Positions 46,846-59,770 of a DNA stretch of 64,000 bases are shown here, in pieces. Each line of letters opens with the position of its first letter. Position 1 is the stretch's first letter. The stretch lies in assembly GCA_963575745.1 (NCBI GenBank), contig CAUYUJ010000001.1:1302001-1366000 (forward strand). The letters are read 5' to 3'. This stretch comes from Prorocentrum cordatum (lineage: Eukaryota). The notes under the pieces are model-generated. The model was given only the letters and a program-made list of their open reading frames with translations. It was not told the DNA's origin and did no database searches. The translations under genes were made by a program, and so were the position numbers.

Positions 46846-47950
46846 CTCTCGGTAGGGGATGTCACGTCTGTCCTGTGCTCCGCCTGTGGGGACGGTGGGG
46901 GTGGCGAGTTCGGGCGGACCGCGGGGGCGCGGGTAGTGGCCGTCCTCCCCCCACCCCCCCCCCTGCCCCTCACCATCCCCCCCCGGCAGGCGCGGGCAGT
47001 ACTCGTCCTGCCCCCCCGCCCTTCGAGCCCGTCTCGAAGTTTGATCCTCGCCTCGCCAGGACAGCGTGGGCGCGCACGCGTTTTGGTTGGTTGTGGATGT
47101 CTTGCGTGTCATCGTTGTCATCGTCAGCGTCGGTTGTCGCGTCTGCTAGACCACTGAATCGGTTGTGCAAGGGTATGAGTGGTGGTCGTGGTAGCTGTGT
47201 CTGACGTGGTCATTGACTATGTCGCGTTGGTCGTTGTACGCGCTGCGTTTGTCGTAGGCTTGCTTCGTCGAGTCGGACCTCGATATTAGCGTCGCGGCTG
47301 CCCTCCTCGTCATCGCGGTCGTTGCAATATGTCTTGTCGTTGCGCAGGTCATTCAGGAACGTCTCCTCAATGTTGTCGAACTCACTCCAATGAAGAGCAT
47401 GTAGTAGCCTTCTTGTTGGTAAATTCCAAAAATGCGGCGTCTCTGTGCCAAAGTGGCTCCTCGCCTTGTGTATGCTATGTGCAGGAGGTCGGTCGGGTCG
47501 TGGCAGAAGGTGCAAAACTGGTCTCGCTGGCTCCCGCCTCGGTGGTGTTGAGCTAATGAATCGCGCTGTCTTTAAGTAGTGGCGTTGCAGTGTTGGTCTC
47601 GGGGATGCTCCGAGATTCAGCGTTGTTTCTTTGGTTGGTTGTTGTGGGGTCGGCTCGACTAGAGGTCCCCACCCTCGGCGTCGCGCGGCCTGGCCCGTGG
47701 TCGAGGTGGCCAAGCAAGTAGATTTCCCACTGCTCGTGGCTCTTCCTCTTCTCGGAAGTCGGGTGTAGCTCCGCTGTGCGTGTTACTGTTTTGCTTTTTG
47801 GGTTCGCGCATGCGCCGTTGGTTGGTCGATTTGGTTGCGTCGACGTCGGGGAAGTGAGGTGAGCGAACCCCAAAGCGCGCACCTCAGTGTCGCCCCAACA
47901 GCTATTTCCTCCTAGTGGAGAATGTGGTGGGGCCCTCGGGCTGTCTGCTG

Positions 47951-50947
47951 TCACCGCACGGGTCGATCGGCATCGATCTTCAGGCTGCGTGCTAGTGCCG
48001 AGATTGTTCTCAGGCGCGTTACTCGTGAGCTTTTGGATGTGACCACAGGCTCTGCTTGCCGGTGTGTCGGACTCCCCGTCTGGATCAGCAGCCCCCCATC
48101 GGGTTCAGTCTTAATCAGTTTTTTTGTAGAGGTGGGGTCGTCAGACCCATCATGGTTGCCAATTGGGATCGGCTTTCGGTCTGTCGGGTAGGTGAATATA
48201 TCTCCTACGCCGTGCATGCGCACCTTGCGCGTTGGTCGTTCGCGCGAGCTACTACTCCGGAGAGCTGACTTGGCTCTTGTAGGCGGCACTGGCTGAGCTC
48301 TGTCAGGTGTTCCGAGGTGGAAGCGGGGTGGATGGTCAGTATGCTGGATGGGAACTGTAGGCGTGATACTATCGATGGTCATCCGTCGTGGTGTTGTTGG
48401 TGTCTCACACTCTCCGTCTCGGCTGATGTCAATCAGTATGGTAGTGGTGGGTCGTCGATTCGAGTAGGCGTCGTCCTCGTTGATCCCGGGTGGTGCTGAA
48501 AGTGCCCGTACTGGTGGGAAGATGTACTTCCTTGGGTCGTAGTCTGGGGTTGATTGTTCGGCAAGTGGTGTCGGGCTTACTGGTGGCGTCGGGGTCAGCA
48601 TCGTTTCGGCGTCGTCTATGTGGTCTCGAAGATCCTCGTCGTGGTCGAGATTTGGCATGGGCGTCTTCTGACTGTCGTTTGTGCGTGGCGTGTCGGGACT
48701 GATACGTGCTTCGGCTGTTGCTGGGTCGTCTGGTGGTGGAAGTGGTGGTGCTCGTTCTGCTGGAAGCCGGAATGCAAAGCCAGTCTGATTGATGTTTAGG
48801 TCTCTGTCTGGCGTGCTGCTTGTTGCCCCTGCGTTCTTGCTCTCGCAGTCGACGTTGCTGTTCCACTCCTCGCTGTACGGGCTGATGTCGGAGTGGTGCT
48901 GGGTGTGCTCGCCTGGCATGATGAAATGCAGCGCGCTCTCCATTTCTTCGTCGCTTCTCTGCTGCTCGATATATGCCTGGTATTGTCTTCGCGTTTATTC
49001 TTCTATGTCCCTGACAATATCGATCCCCATTTCGCCGATGATCTCCGCTTCCATCTCCTCGTTCTTGATCAGCTCCTCCTGTAGCGCCTGTTCGAGAACT
49101 CGGTGCTGGTAATCTTGTTGCGCACTTTCCTCCGCCATGATGACTTGTTGTTGATGTAGTTCTGCGTGAAAACGCATCCTGGGCTCGTGTGCTTGATGTT
49201 GCTGTCGTCGTTCGTGTCGTAGTGCTTATTGCTGTATACGTTGATGGTAATATCTGGTGTGTTCTGCGTACTCGTCATAGTTTCTCTTCGCAGCGTGCTC
49301 TTCGTTGTTGGCGTATTGCTGCGATTGTTGCACCATCACCTGCCACGTAATCTGCTCATTTCTTAGCCACTCTTGTACCTGGTGTTGTGCTCTCTCGTTC
49401 TCATCTTGTAGTACGCGTTCATACTCTGCCATCTTGTGGAGTGACTCCCACGCTGCGGTATGAGCGTCTTGCACATTGATCTTCTCATGGTTGATGCGGC
49501 CTTCTGCAAGGACAATCTGTCGACGTAGTCGCTGTTGTTCGATTTGTACCTATTCGTACTTCTGATGAAGAGCTCGTTGAGCCTGAGGCTGTTCTTCGCG
49601 TCTTGCTTGTATTCCCTTCTCCTTCAGTTCGTGATCCCTGGTCATCTTGAACTGCATCTTCCCGTAGTGGATCAGCGCCTCCTCCTGCAGCTTCTCCTTG
49701 TGGTGTTCGTGTCCCTCTCTGAACAGTCCTCGTTGTTTCTCAAGCTTCTCCGCGCACTCATTCTGTAGCTTCCAGGCCATGTCTGCAAGCTGCTTTTCAT
49801 GTTGTCTTTTGTCAATTGTCTTCTTCTTCGCGCTGTCGAGATTATTTGCGGCCATCTCCATCTTCAGCTCCCTGTACTCATGTTTCATGGCCTGGGTATC
49901 TTTGGTATCTTTTTGAGTACGCTGCTCGTCCTTTTGGATGTTGGCATTGCGCTCGCTGTGGAAGAAATGGAGGCGGCGCCGGTGCTGGATGCACTCTTCC
50001 TGCTGCATGTCCAGACGCTCGCTCAATTCCTCGATCAACCTGGTTACATTGTGTCCTTCGTCCGCTTGGCATCGTTCTGCTTTTTGACCTTGCCGACGTG
50101 GATGTGGCGTCTTATCACGAGTCCTCCTGTCGTCCCTGCTTTCGTCCGATGTAGCTTCTCCGTCTCCTTCACAGCTTGAGCTTTCGGCTCCTGCTTCTAA
50201 TCGTTCGCGAATGCCTCGCTGACCTTTTGCTTCAGTGATCAAAACCTTGATCTTGACGACATCCACATCGGAATTTTCCAGCTGGTCTTTCCATGCTTTG
50301 ACTTGTTCTGCGATCGCTCCCCTCTTCTTGTTGACCACGTCGAGGTCCTCTCTGTAGATGTTGATCCCAGCGTTCGGGTCGATAGTCAGGTTGATCATAC
50401 CTTTTGCGATTTCCAAGTCGCCGATCAGTCGCCCTGCATCCACTCTTGCTTGTCGGGCACCAGCGAGCTGATCAGCGAGCCTTCCGAGTCGAGCCGCCTT
50501 GGTATGCTTCCGCATGCGGCGTAGCTCCGACTCGTGAGGGGGGTAGGAGAAGGTCTCGCGGTTGCCCGCCCTCGCCTCCGTGCTCCGCATGAACTCGTCG
50601 ATGATGTCTTGCTGCTTCTTCGTGTAAACGAAGTCCTGCATCTGGGTCGCCTGTGCGGTGTCTTGTTGGCTACTTCTGCTGTTGGCTTGGCGTCCTCTCG
50701 ATGCAGACCTGGTCCTTCTTGAAGCCGAACGTTTCGCTGAACCTTTCTTGTCCTGGCGACTGTAGTTGGTGTCCTGGTAGTAGTTGTCGTTGCACCTGCT
50801 TTTCGCCCTCGAGGAACTTCTCCATGGCCAAGGTTGTCCTCCCACGGGGGGGCCTATCGCCGTGGACCTTTCGGCGCGATGTGCCGTCCACCTCGGCGCA
50901 TGCCCCCCCGTGCTGGCGCCTCTTTTACCTGGACCTTTGGAAGCCAT
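47951..50947 (-). pseudogene. LINE ORF1-like protein (~1000 codons): basic R/S-rich N-terminus, long E/Q/K coiled-coil, P/T-rich tail; three in-frame stops
   Basis: ORFs 49550-51016, 49226-49474, 48995-49177 and 47951-48943 are all in one frame, separated by single TAG/TAA/TAA codons. First ATG at 50947 (MASKG). Confidence 0.7.
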
Positions 50948-51240
50948 CGTGGCGCTGGGGCTGCTGGGGCTGCTGCGCCGCTGCGCTGGGGCTGCTGCGC
51001 TGGGGCTGCTGTGCACTGCGGTGCTGGCTGAATCTATTGGCTGCCGCTGCCAGTCGGACCAGGAGACGATCTTGGCTGCGGACCTGACGGGCGCGGCGAT
51101 GCCACGCGGGTTCGCCCCCTCGGGGCGCGGCGGCTCGCGCCGCCGCGGCTGCGGCGCCTATGGCGCGCTGCACGCGAGCCCAGGCCGACTGGGGCGACCG
51201 ACGGGGCGACGACGGCCCAGCCCCTCCTCGGCAGATGGCT

Positions 51241-54200
51241 TCTCCTCCTCCTCATCATCATCCTCATCCTCCTCCTCCTCCTCCTCCTCCTCCTCCTCCT
51301 CCTCCCCTCCTCCCCCTCCTCCTCCTCCTCCTCCTCCTGCTCCTCCTCCTCCTCCTCCTCCTCCTCCTCCTCCTCTTCCTCCTCCTCCCTCCCACCCCCA
51401 CCCCCACCCCCATCCCCATCCCCCTCCCTGGCCTCCTCCAACTCCTCCTCCTCCTCTCTCCTCCTCCTCCCCTCCTCCTCCTCCTCCTCCTCCTCCTCCT
51501 CCTCCCTCCTCCTCCTCCTCCTCCTCCTCCTCCTCCTGCTCCTCCTCCTCCTCCTCCTCCTCCTGCTCCTCCTCCTCCTCCTCCTCCGCCTCTTCCTCCT
51601 CCTCCTGCTCTTCCTCCTCCTCCTCCTCCTCCTCCTCCTCCTCCTTCTCCTCCCCCTCCTCCTCCTCCTCCTCCTCCTCCTCCTCTCCTCCTCCTCCTCC
51701 TCCTCCTCTCTTCCTCTTCGTCCTCCTCCTCCTTCTCCGTCTCCTCCTCCTTCTCCTCCTTCTCTCCTCCCCCCCCCCTCCTCCTCCTCATCCTCCTCTT
51801 CCTCCTATTCATCCTCCTCATAATTCTCCTCTTCATCCCCCTTCAGCCTTCTCATACCAATCATCCTCCTATTCCTCCTCATCCTCCTCCTCCTGGTCCT
51901 CCTCTTCCTCCTCATCTTCCTCATCATCCTCCTCCTCCTCGTCCTCCTCTCCCTCCTCCTCTTCATCGTCCTCCTCATCATGTTCCTCCGCCTCGTCCGT
52001 CTCCTCCTCATCCGTCTCCTCATGCTCATCATCACCAGCAGCAGCATCAGCATCCGTATCAACAGCAGCATCGTCAGCAGCATCATGAGCAGCATCATCA
52101 GCAGCATCGTCAGCATCAGCATCATCAGTATCAGCATCGTCTTCATCATCTTTATCAGCATCATTCGCATCATCATCAGCAGCAGCATCAGCATCAGCAT
52201 CGTCATCATCATCAGCAGCAGCAGCAGTCGCATTCTCCCCGATCCGCCGCCTCCTCATCCTCATCCTTTTATTCCTCTTCCTCCTCCTCCTCTTCAACCT
52301 CATCCTCCTCCTCATCATCCGTCTCCTCCCCCTCTTCCTCCTCATCCTCCGCCTCCTCATCCTCCTCCTCCTCTTCTTCCTCCTCCTCCTCCTCCTTCTG
52401 TTCCTCCTCCTCATCTTCCTCTTCCTCCTCCTCCTCCTCCTCTTCCTCCTCCTCCTCCTCCTTCTGTTCCTCCTCATCCTCATCCTCATCCTCCTCCTCC
52501 TCCCCGCCCCCCTCCCCACCCCCCTCCCCGTCCTCATCGTCCGCCTCCTCATCATCATCCTCTTCCGCTTCCTCCTCCTCCTCCGCCTCCTCTCCTCATC
52601 GCGTCCTTCTCCTCCTAATCCTCCGCATCCTCCTCCTCCTCGTCCTCCTCCTCCTCCTCATCCGCCGTCCATTACGCCCCATCTTCCTCTTCCCCTTCCT
52701 CCTCCTCCTCCTCATGCTCATCCTCCTCCTGCTCCTCATCCTCCTCGTCCTCATCTTCCTCCTCCTCAGGTTCTTCCTCCTCCGCATCATCATCAGCAGC
52801 AGCAGCAGCATCAGCAGCATCATCATCATCGTCAGCATCCGCCTCATCTTCCTCCTCCTCCTCGTCATCATCATCATCAGCAGCAGCAGCATCCTCTTCC
52901 TCCTCCTCATCCTCGTCCTCATCCTGCTCCTCATCCTCTCATCCCCTCTCTACTCAGTTCCTCCTTCTCCTCCTCCTCCTCCTTCTCCTCCTCCTCATCA
53001 TCATCATCATCATCATCATCGTCCTCATCCTCCGCATCCTCCTGCTCCTCCTCCGGTTCTGCCTCCTCGTCCTCCTCCTCCTCCTCCTCCTCATCCTCCT
53101 CCCCTTCCTCCTCGTCCTCCTCCTTTGCCCCCTCCTCCTCCTCATCCTCCTCCTCATCCTCCTCTCCCTCCTCCCCCACCCACCCACCCACCACCCACCC
53201 ACCACCCACCCACCAACACCACCCCTCATCCTATCCCTCCTCCTCCTTCTTCTCCTCCTCCTCCTCCTCCTCCTCCTCTTCGTCCTCCCCCTCTGCATCC
53301 TCCCTCCTCTTCATCCTCCATCTCCTCCTCCTCCTCTCATCCTCCTCCCTCCTCCTCATCCTCCTCATCATCCTCCTCATCCTCTTTCTCCTCCTCCCGC
53401 CTCCGCATCCTCCTCCGCATCCTCCTCCTCCGTCTCCTCTTCATCCTCCTCCCTCCTCCTCATCCTCCTCATCCTCTTTTTGTTCCTCCTCATCCCGCCT
53501 CCGCATCCTCCTCCGCATCCCTCCTCCCCTTCCTCCTCGTCCTCCTCCTTTGCCCCCTCCTCCTCCTCATCCTCCTCCTCATCCTCCTCTCCCTCCTCCC
53601 CCACCCACCCACCACACCCCCCACCCCCCACCAACCCACCCCTCATCCTATCCCTCCTCCTCCTTCTTCTCCTCCTCCTCCTCTTCGTCCTCCCCCTCTG
53701 CATCCTCCTCCTCTTCATCCTCCATCTCCTCCTCCTCCTCCTCATCCTCCTCCCTCCTCCTCATCCTCCTCATCATCCTCCTCCCCTCTTTCTTCCTCCT
53801 CCGCCTCCGCAATCCTCCTCCGCATCCTCCTCCTCCGTCTCCTCTTCACCTCCTCCCTCCTCCTCATCCTCCTCTCCTCGTTCCTCCTCATCCCGCCATC
53901 CGCATCCTCCTCCGCATCCTCCTCCGCCTTCTCATCCTCCTCCTCCTCCTCCTCCTCCTCCCTCTCCTCCTCCTCCTCCTCCTCCTCCTCCTCCTCCTCC
54001 TCCTCCTCCTCTCCTCCGCCTCCTCCTCCTCATCCGCCTCCGCATTCCAATCATCGTCCCCAATATCATCATCTTCCTCCTCATCGTTCTTCTCCCTCCC
54101 CCCCCTCCGCTTCCTCATCGTCCTCCTCCACCTCCTCCTCCTTTCTCTCCCCATCCTCATGATTATCATCCTCCTCCTTCTCATCGTCCTCCTCATCCTC

Positions 54201-55139
54201 CTCCTCTTCCTCCCTCCTCATCATCACCATCATCATCAGCATCATCCTCAGTTCCTCTCCTTCCTCCTCCTCTTCCTCATCCTCCTATTCCTCCTCATCC
54301 TCCTTCTCCTCCTCCTGGTCCTCCTCATCATCTCCTCATCGTCATCATCAGCATCATCCTCCCAATTCACCGCATCCCCCTCCTTCTCATCGTCCTCCTC
54401 ATCCTCTTCCTCCTCCTCCTCCTCCTCCTCCTCCTCCTCCTCCTCATCATCATCATCATCATCATCATCAGCAGCAGCATCGTCTTCCTTCTCATCCTCC
54501 TCCTCGTCCGCCTCATCCTCCTCCCCCTCCTCCTCGTCCTCCGTTCCCCCTCACTCTCCCCCATCCCGCTCCCCCTCCCCTCCCTCATCCCTGTCCCTTT
54601 CCTCCTCCTCCTCCTCCTCCTCCTTCCCATCATCATCATACTCCTCATCCTCATCCTCATCCTCATCATCATCATCAGCATCAGCAGCAGCATCATCATC
54701 ATCATCGTCATCTTCATCTTCATCATCATAATCGTCATCATCATCAGCATCAGCATCAGCATCAGCATCAGCATCAGCATCGTCGTCCTTCTCCTCTGCC
54801 TCCTCCTTCGTCTCATCCTCCTTCCTCCGCCTCATCCTCCTCTTCCTCATGGTCATCATCCTCCCCGTCCTCCTCCTCCTCCTCCTCATCCTCCTCATCC
54901 TCCTCCTCGTCCTCGTGTTGCTTCTCCTCATCATCATCCCCCCTTTCCTCCTCTTCCTCTTCCTCCGCCTCCTCCACCTCCTCCTCATCCCCCTTCTCCT
55001 CCTCTTCATCCTCCTCCGCCTCCTCCACCTCCTCCTCATCCCCTCCTCCTCCTCCCCCTCCTCCTCCTTCTTTCCTCCCCGTCCTCCTCCTCCTCCTCCT
55101 CCTCCTCCTCCTCCTCCTCCATCTCATCATCATCATCAG

Positions 55140-55180
<41 letters not shown>

Positions 55181-55249
55181 CCATCATCATCCTCATCCTC
55201 ATCCTCATCCTCATCATCCTCGTCGTCGTCGTTGTCGTCGTCGTCGTCG

Positions 55250-55283
<34 letters not shown>

Positions 55284-55870
55284 CTCCCTGCTCCTCCTGA
55301 TCCTCCTCATCCTCCTCCTCCGTCTTCGTGTCCTCTTCCTCCTCTTCTTAATCCTCCTGCTCCTCCTCCTCCTTCTCCTCCTCCTCCTCCTCTTCCTCCT
55401 CATCATTAGCATCACCAGCATCACCATTATCACCAGCCCATCATCAGCATCAGCATCATCAGCATCCTCAGCAACAGTATCGTCAGTATCGTCATCGTCA
55501 GCATCATCATCATCAGCATAATCAGCAGCAGCAGCATCATTATCGTCAGCATCATCGTCGTCGGCATCGGCAGCATCAGCATCGAAAGCATCAGCATCAG
55601 CATCAGCATCATCATCGTCATCCGCAGCATCATCATCAGCATCATAACCATTAATAGCATCATCAGCATCATCATCGTCAGCATCAGCATCAGCATAATC
55701 ATCAGCATCGTCATCAGCACCATCATCATCAACAACATCGTCATCAGCATCCTTATCGGCATCGTCATCATTAACCGCAGCATCAGCATCATCAGCATCA
55801 ATGTCATCACCATCAGCATCACCAGCATCAGCATCATCCGCAGCATCATCATCGGCAGCATCATCAACAT
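51241..55870 (+). repeat. 4.6-kb compound trinucleotide tract (CCT, CAT, CAG, CGT) with an internal ~425-bp duplication
   Basis: Direct reading. The block CCCCTTCCTCCTCGTCCTCCTCCTTTGCCCC..CACCCACCC..CCTATCCCT recurs at ~53100 and ~53525. Confidence 0.95.
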
Positions 55871-57609
55871 CTGTCGGATTCAGGCCACGCTTCAGAGCAT
55901 GAGCTTACCTATCACAGGTCGGCTCGTGTGGTGTGCCCGTTTTGCTTGGCGACCTTTTGATTCGCACAGCGGTCGAAGCCAAGTCAGGTGAAGTTTTGTG
56001 ATCGTGTTCTCTCCTCCTCTGACAACAAAGAACCCTGGCGCCATCCTCAAGGGGCTGATTAAGTTTCTAAGGCGCTCCTGGGGGCCTGCTGGGGGTATGA
56101 GCGACGTCCCATTCGCGAAGGTTCTGCCGAAGTCGCCCGAGAAGCCTCGGTGGAACAGACTACGGGCAGCCTGCTAGGGGCATTATTGTGGGGCGTACTG
56201 GGGGCTTCCTGTGGGCTCCCAGACGCCTTCCCGAAATTATTTCATGCCGAAAGTATTCGGAGGCAAGCGTAATCGAAATCGACGCGTGTTCTCAATGTTT
56301 GTTCCTTCCCAGGGCCTCGCTGGCGTGGGGCAGTTTGCAGCCGTCTTGGTTCGGTCTTGGGTAGTTTGGGGGGTGGTCTGGGGGGGCGTCTTGGGGCCGT
56401 TTGGCTGCGCGGAGAGTCGGGGGAGCCGCGCAGGACCGCCGGCAGAGAAGGGCCCTAGGGAAGAAGCTTCCCTTCAGGTTTTGAGCCTGGTACTGGCCGG
56501 TGCCAAGCGGACGCAGATAGGTATGAAAGCACCTTTCCTGCAACGGGGGACGCCTGTCCCAGGTCGGCTGGGAAGCTTGCACCCCGACGTGCCACCGCAG
56601 GGTATACATTTCCCAGACCATCCTGGGAAAGTGTGTGCCATGTCTTTGTTTGTCCGAGGTGCTGGACACACATGGACAAATGAAGGCGCACTGCCCACAC
56701 CGCAGGCGGGAGCGGCCAGATCATGAGGGATGCGCCGCCTGCCGCCGGCACCCCCAGTGGTGAAGCATCTTGCGAATATGATGGAACACGCATTTTGGGT
56801 GCCATATGCGGGTCTGGGCAATCCAGGGGCCATCTTGGGGTCTCCGAGGCCCGTCTTGAGAGCATCTTTGGGCCGTCCTGTGGACTTGGTGGGCTATCCT
56901 GGGCGATTGGGAAGCATAGTGGGGAATCGTGGGGCCACCCTTGGGCCATGGTGGCCAATCTCGGGGGCTCTGGGGAGCGTCGCGGAGTGAGATTTGGAAA
57001 TCTTGGGAGCAAAACGTGGGACGGGCAGAGCACATTGTGAAAGGCTTTCCACTCTGCTTTGCCTTCTCGGGGGCGTTGTGGAGCCCTCCTGGGTCACCTT
57101 GGAAGCGTATTAGAGCCATCTTTGGCTGTCTCAGGCTCTTCAGGCGCGACGGATGGGCCAGAAGGAGGAGGGCGACGAGGAGGAGGGCGAGGAGGATGAG
57201 TTCTTGGCCCCTTTGGGGGACCCTGCGCGGGAGTTCTCGTCTCCACGGCTGCGTCCGTCCAGAAATTTTGGCCAGGGTGCGCTCCAGGACAGGTCGGACA
57301 GGGGACGCGTTGAGGGAGGAGGGGGAGGAGGAGAGAGGAGGAAGGCAGAAACGAAGAGGGAGGGACGAGGCAGGAGGGAGACAGGGAGGAAGGAGGCGGC
57401 GAAGGGGGAGGAGGGAGGGAGGGGTGGTGGGAGGAGGAAGGATGCGGGGGGAGGAGGAAGAGTCGGCAGCCGGTTTGGACGCGTTGGCGGTTCCCAGCGT
57501 GTGTCCTGGGGGAGATCGGTCTCCTCCTTCTTTGTTCCCTCCTCGCTCCGCGTCTCCTCCCTGCTCCCTCCTCCTCGCCCTCGTTTTTTGGGTCGTTAAT
57601 TTCACATCA

Positions 57610-57952
57610 TACCTCGTCCTCCTCATCCTCCTTGTCCGCGTACGCTCGTCTCCTCGTCCTCCTCCTCCTCCTCAATCCTCATCCTCCTGCTCCTCCTCCC
57701 CTCCTCCTCCTCCTACCTCCTCCTCCTCCTCCTCCTCCTTCTTCTCCTCCGTCTCTTTCCTTCTTCCCTCCTCCGCTCCTCCCTCTCCCCCCCCACCCAA
57801 ACCCCCCCCCACTCCTCCTCCTCCTCCTCCTCCTCCTCCTCATCATCATCATCATCATCATCACCATCATCAGCATCATCATCAGCATCAGCAGCATCCT
57901 CATCATCATCATCGTCATCATCAGCAGCATCATCAGCAGCATCATCATCAGT

Positions 57953-58010
<58 letters not shown>

Positions 58011-58100
58011 GCAGCATCAGCATCATCATCATCCTTATCCCCCTTTCCTTCTCCCTCCTCCGCCTCCTCCATCGTCCTCGCTCCTCACTCCGCCTCATCC
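57610..58100 (+). repeat. (CCT)n-(CAT)n-(CAG)n compound microsatellite
   Basis: Direct reading of the sequence. Confidence 0.9.
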
Positions 58101-58769
58101 CTCCTTGCTTCTCGCTCCTCTCTGCCTTCCCCAGAGAAGGGGGAAGGGGAAGGTTGTCCGATGGTGTCCTGTTAGATTATGGCGGGCTCTGGGAAGGTTC
58201 GGGTGGCCTTGACGAGGAGTTGAACAGCACGGGGTCCCTGGAAATTCTGATCTCTTTCCAAAGGCCAGGCAGGTTGGAATTGGCAGATATTTGGAGAAAA
58301 TAGCTCCCGACCCGCCTCGCACACCCTCCACACCGCGGCCGCCAGGGCCCAAGGGTCCCCGCGCTCTCTGGGCATCCCTCCTCGCGCCTTCGACGAACGA
58401 CGACTGCACACCGCGGCCACCAGGCCCCGAGGGTCCCAGCGCTCCCTGGGTATCCCGCTTGGCGCTCTCGGGCGGGGATTGCTCGACGCAAAAGATCGGC
58501 CACGCGCGGAGGGAGGTAGGGGGAGGGAGGAAGGCTTCTTAGAAGCACCCCTGCTCCTTAGAAGGCGCGGGCCTTGTCTTCTAAGAGCCCTTTCCCCCCT
58601 CCCCCATACCCCCCTGGGCAGCTCCGCTTGCGGCCATGGGCCACAAAAAAGCGGGGACGGGCGCTGGCACTTGAGCAAGAGCACAACGTCGGAGAGGCCC
58701 GGGCCCCTGGAGGCCTCCCTGAAGGCCCAGACAAGGGCCGAGCATGTCCGGCACGTGCTCGCCAACATG

Positions 58770-59020
<251 letters not shown>

Positions 59021-59110
59021 GCGGGCGGACACGGCACACGGCAGGCGGAAGGGCGGCCGCCCGCGCGTCCTGCGAAGGCCGAGCTTTTTGCCGGCTGGAA
59101 TCTCAGAGTG

Positions 59111-59307
59111 AGGGGAACGAGAAATGACATAGACATAAAAACTCGGAGGTCCGCGCGGATTTCTCGGATCCGCGCTGGACACCCCTGGCGGCGCCTCCGG
59201 CGCCGCCCCTGGCGCGCGGAGCGCACCAGGGAGGGGGTTCCAGCGCCGATCCGAGAAATCCGCGCGGATCTTTGAGTTTTTATGTTTATGCCATTTTTCG
59301 TTCCCCT
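59111..59307. mobile_element. MITE-like element with ~60-bp TIRs
   Basis: AGGGGAACGAGAAATGACATAGACATAAAAACTCGGAGGTCCGCGCGGATTTCTCGGATC is near-complementary to GATCCGAGAAATCCGCGCGGATCTTTGAGTTTTTATGTTTATGCCATTTTTCGTTCCCCT. Confidence 0.8.
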
Positions 59308-59467
59308 GACAGTTGCGATTGGGAGCGTCCGTTGAGGAGTGTGCCCAGGAGGCCTCACACCCTGGAGGATTCCTTGCCAAGTGGGGGCGGCAGTGATGTG
59401 CATGGCCTCTCCACGGTGGAAGTTCCCCGCGGCTTCCAGGCCCAGGATCCCTTGTCCAACGGTCCCG

Positions 59468-59625
59468 TATTCTGGAGGTAGGAAAGGGATATGGTATAAA
59501 GGGGTGTGGTGCTAATTTTATGTAGGGAGGGAACCTGGCGATGTGATTTATCGCAGATAGCATCGCCATTCCACGATTGGCACCATACCCTTTTATGCCA
59601 CGCCCCTTTCTGACCTCCAAACGTA
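59468..59625. mobile_element. MITE-like element with ~44-bp imperfect TIRs, TA-flanked
   Basis: TGGAGGTAGGAAAGGGATATGGTATAAAGGGGTGTGGTGCTAAT is near-complementary to ATTGGCACCATACCCTTTTATGCCACGCCCCTTTCTGACCTCCA. Confidence 0.7.
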
Positions 59626-59770
59626 GCCCATGCCCCCACTGTCTGGAGGATGCCGTGGTCGCCCCCTGCGCTCCAAAGCCCCCAAAGCCTCATGAGGGCT
59701 CCAAAGCCTGGGAGTGCTCCAAAGCCTTGGCGCTTCCCGCGCTCGCCCCCTGCGTCGGACGGGGCTGGGA

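Larger units (their letters stand above)
39770..51240 (-). mobile_element. Large (~11.5 kb) decayed non-LTR retrotransposon: ORF1 - linker - RNase H - APE - RT - C2H2 x2 - extension
   Basis: Collinear minus-strand domain motifs (listed below), an A/C-rich sense strand that contrasts with the flanks, and structured ends. Stops and frameshifts occur throughout. No TSD identified, so the ends are approximate. Confidence 0.88.

Noticed and set aside
48995..49552. Stop-codon reassignment (TAR = Gln) in the LINE ORF1
   Set aside because: The same element also has TGA stops and frameshifts in RT and APE, so ordinary decay is the simpler explanation.
51100..51190. HDV-like ribozyme at the LINE 5' end (hairpin followed by CGAA on the minus strand)
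   Set aside because: I could not assemble a P3/L3 (UCCUCG-like) loop or a P1.1 pairing.
51160..55870. Very long ORFs (1000, 606 and 393 aa) and similar poly-P/S/L/E/R ORFs across the window
   Set aside because: They are stop-free only because they read through trinucleotide microsatellites. All frames are open and no domains are present.
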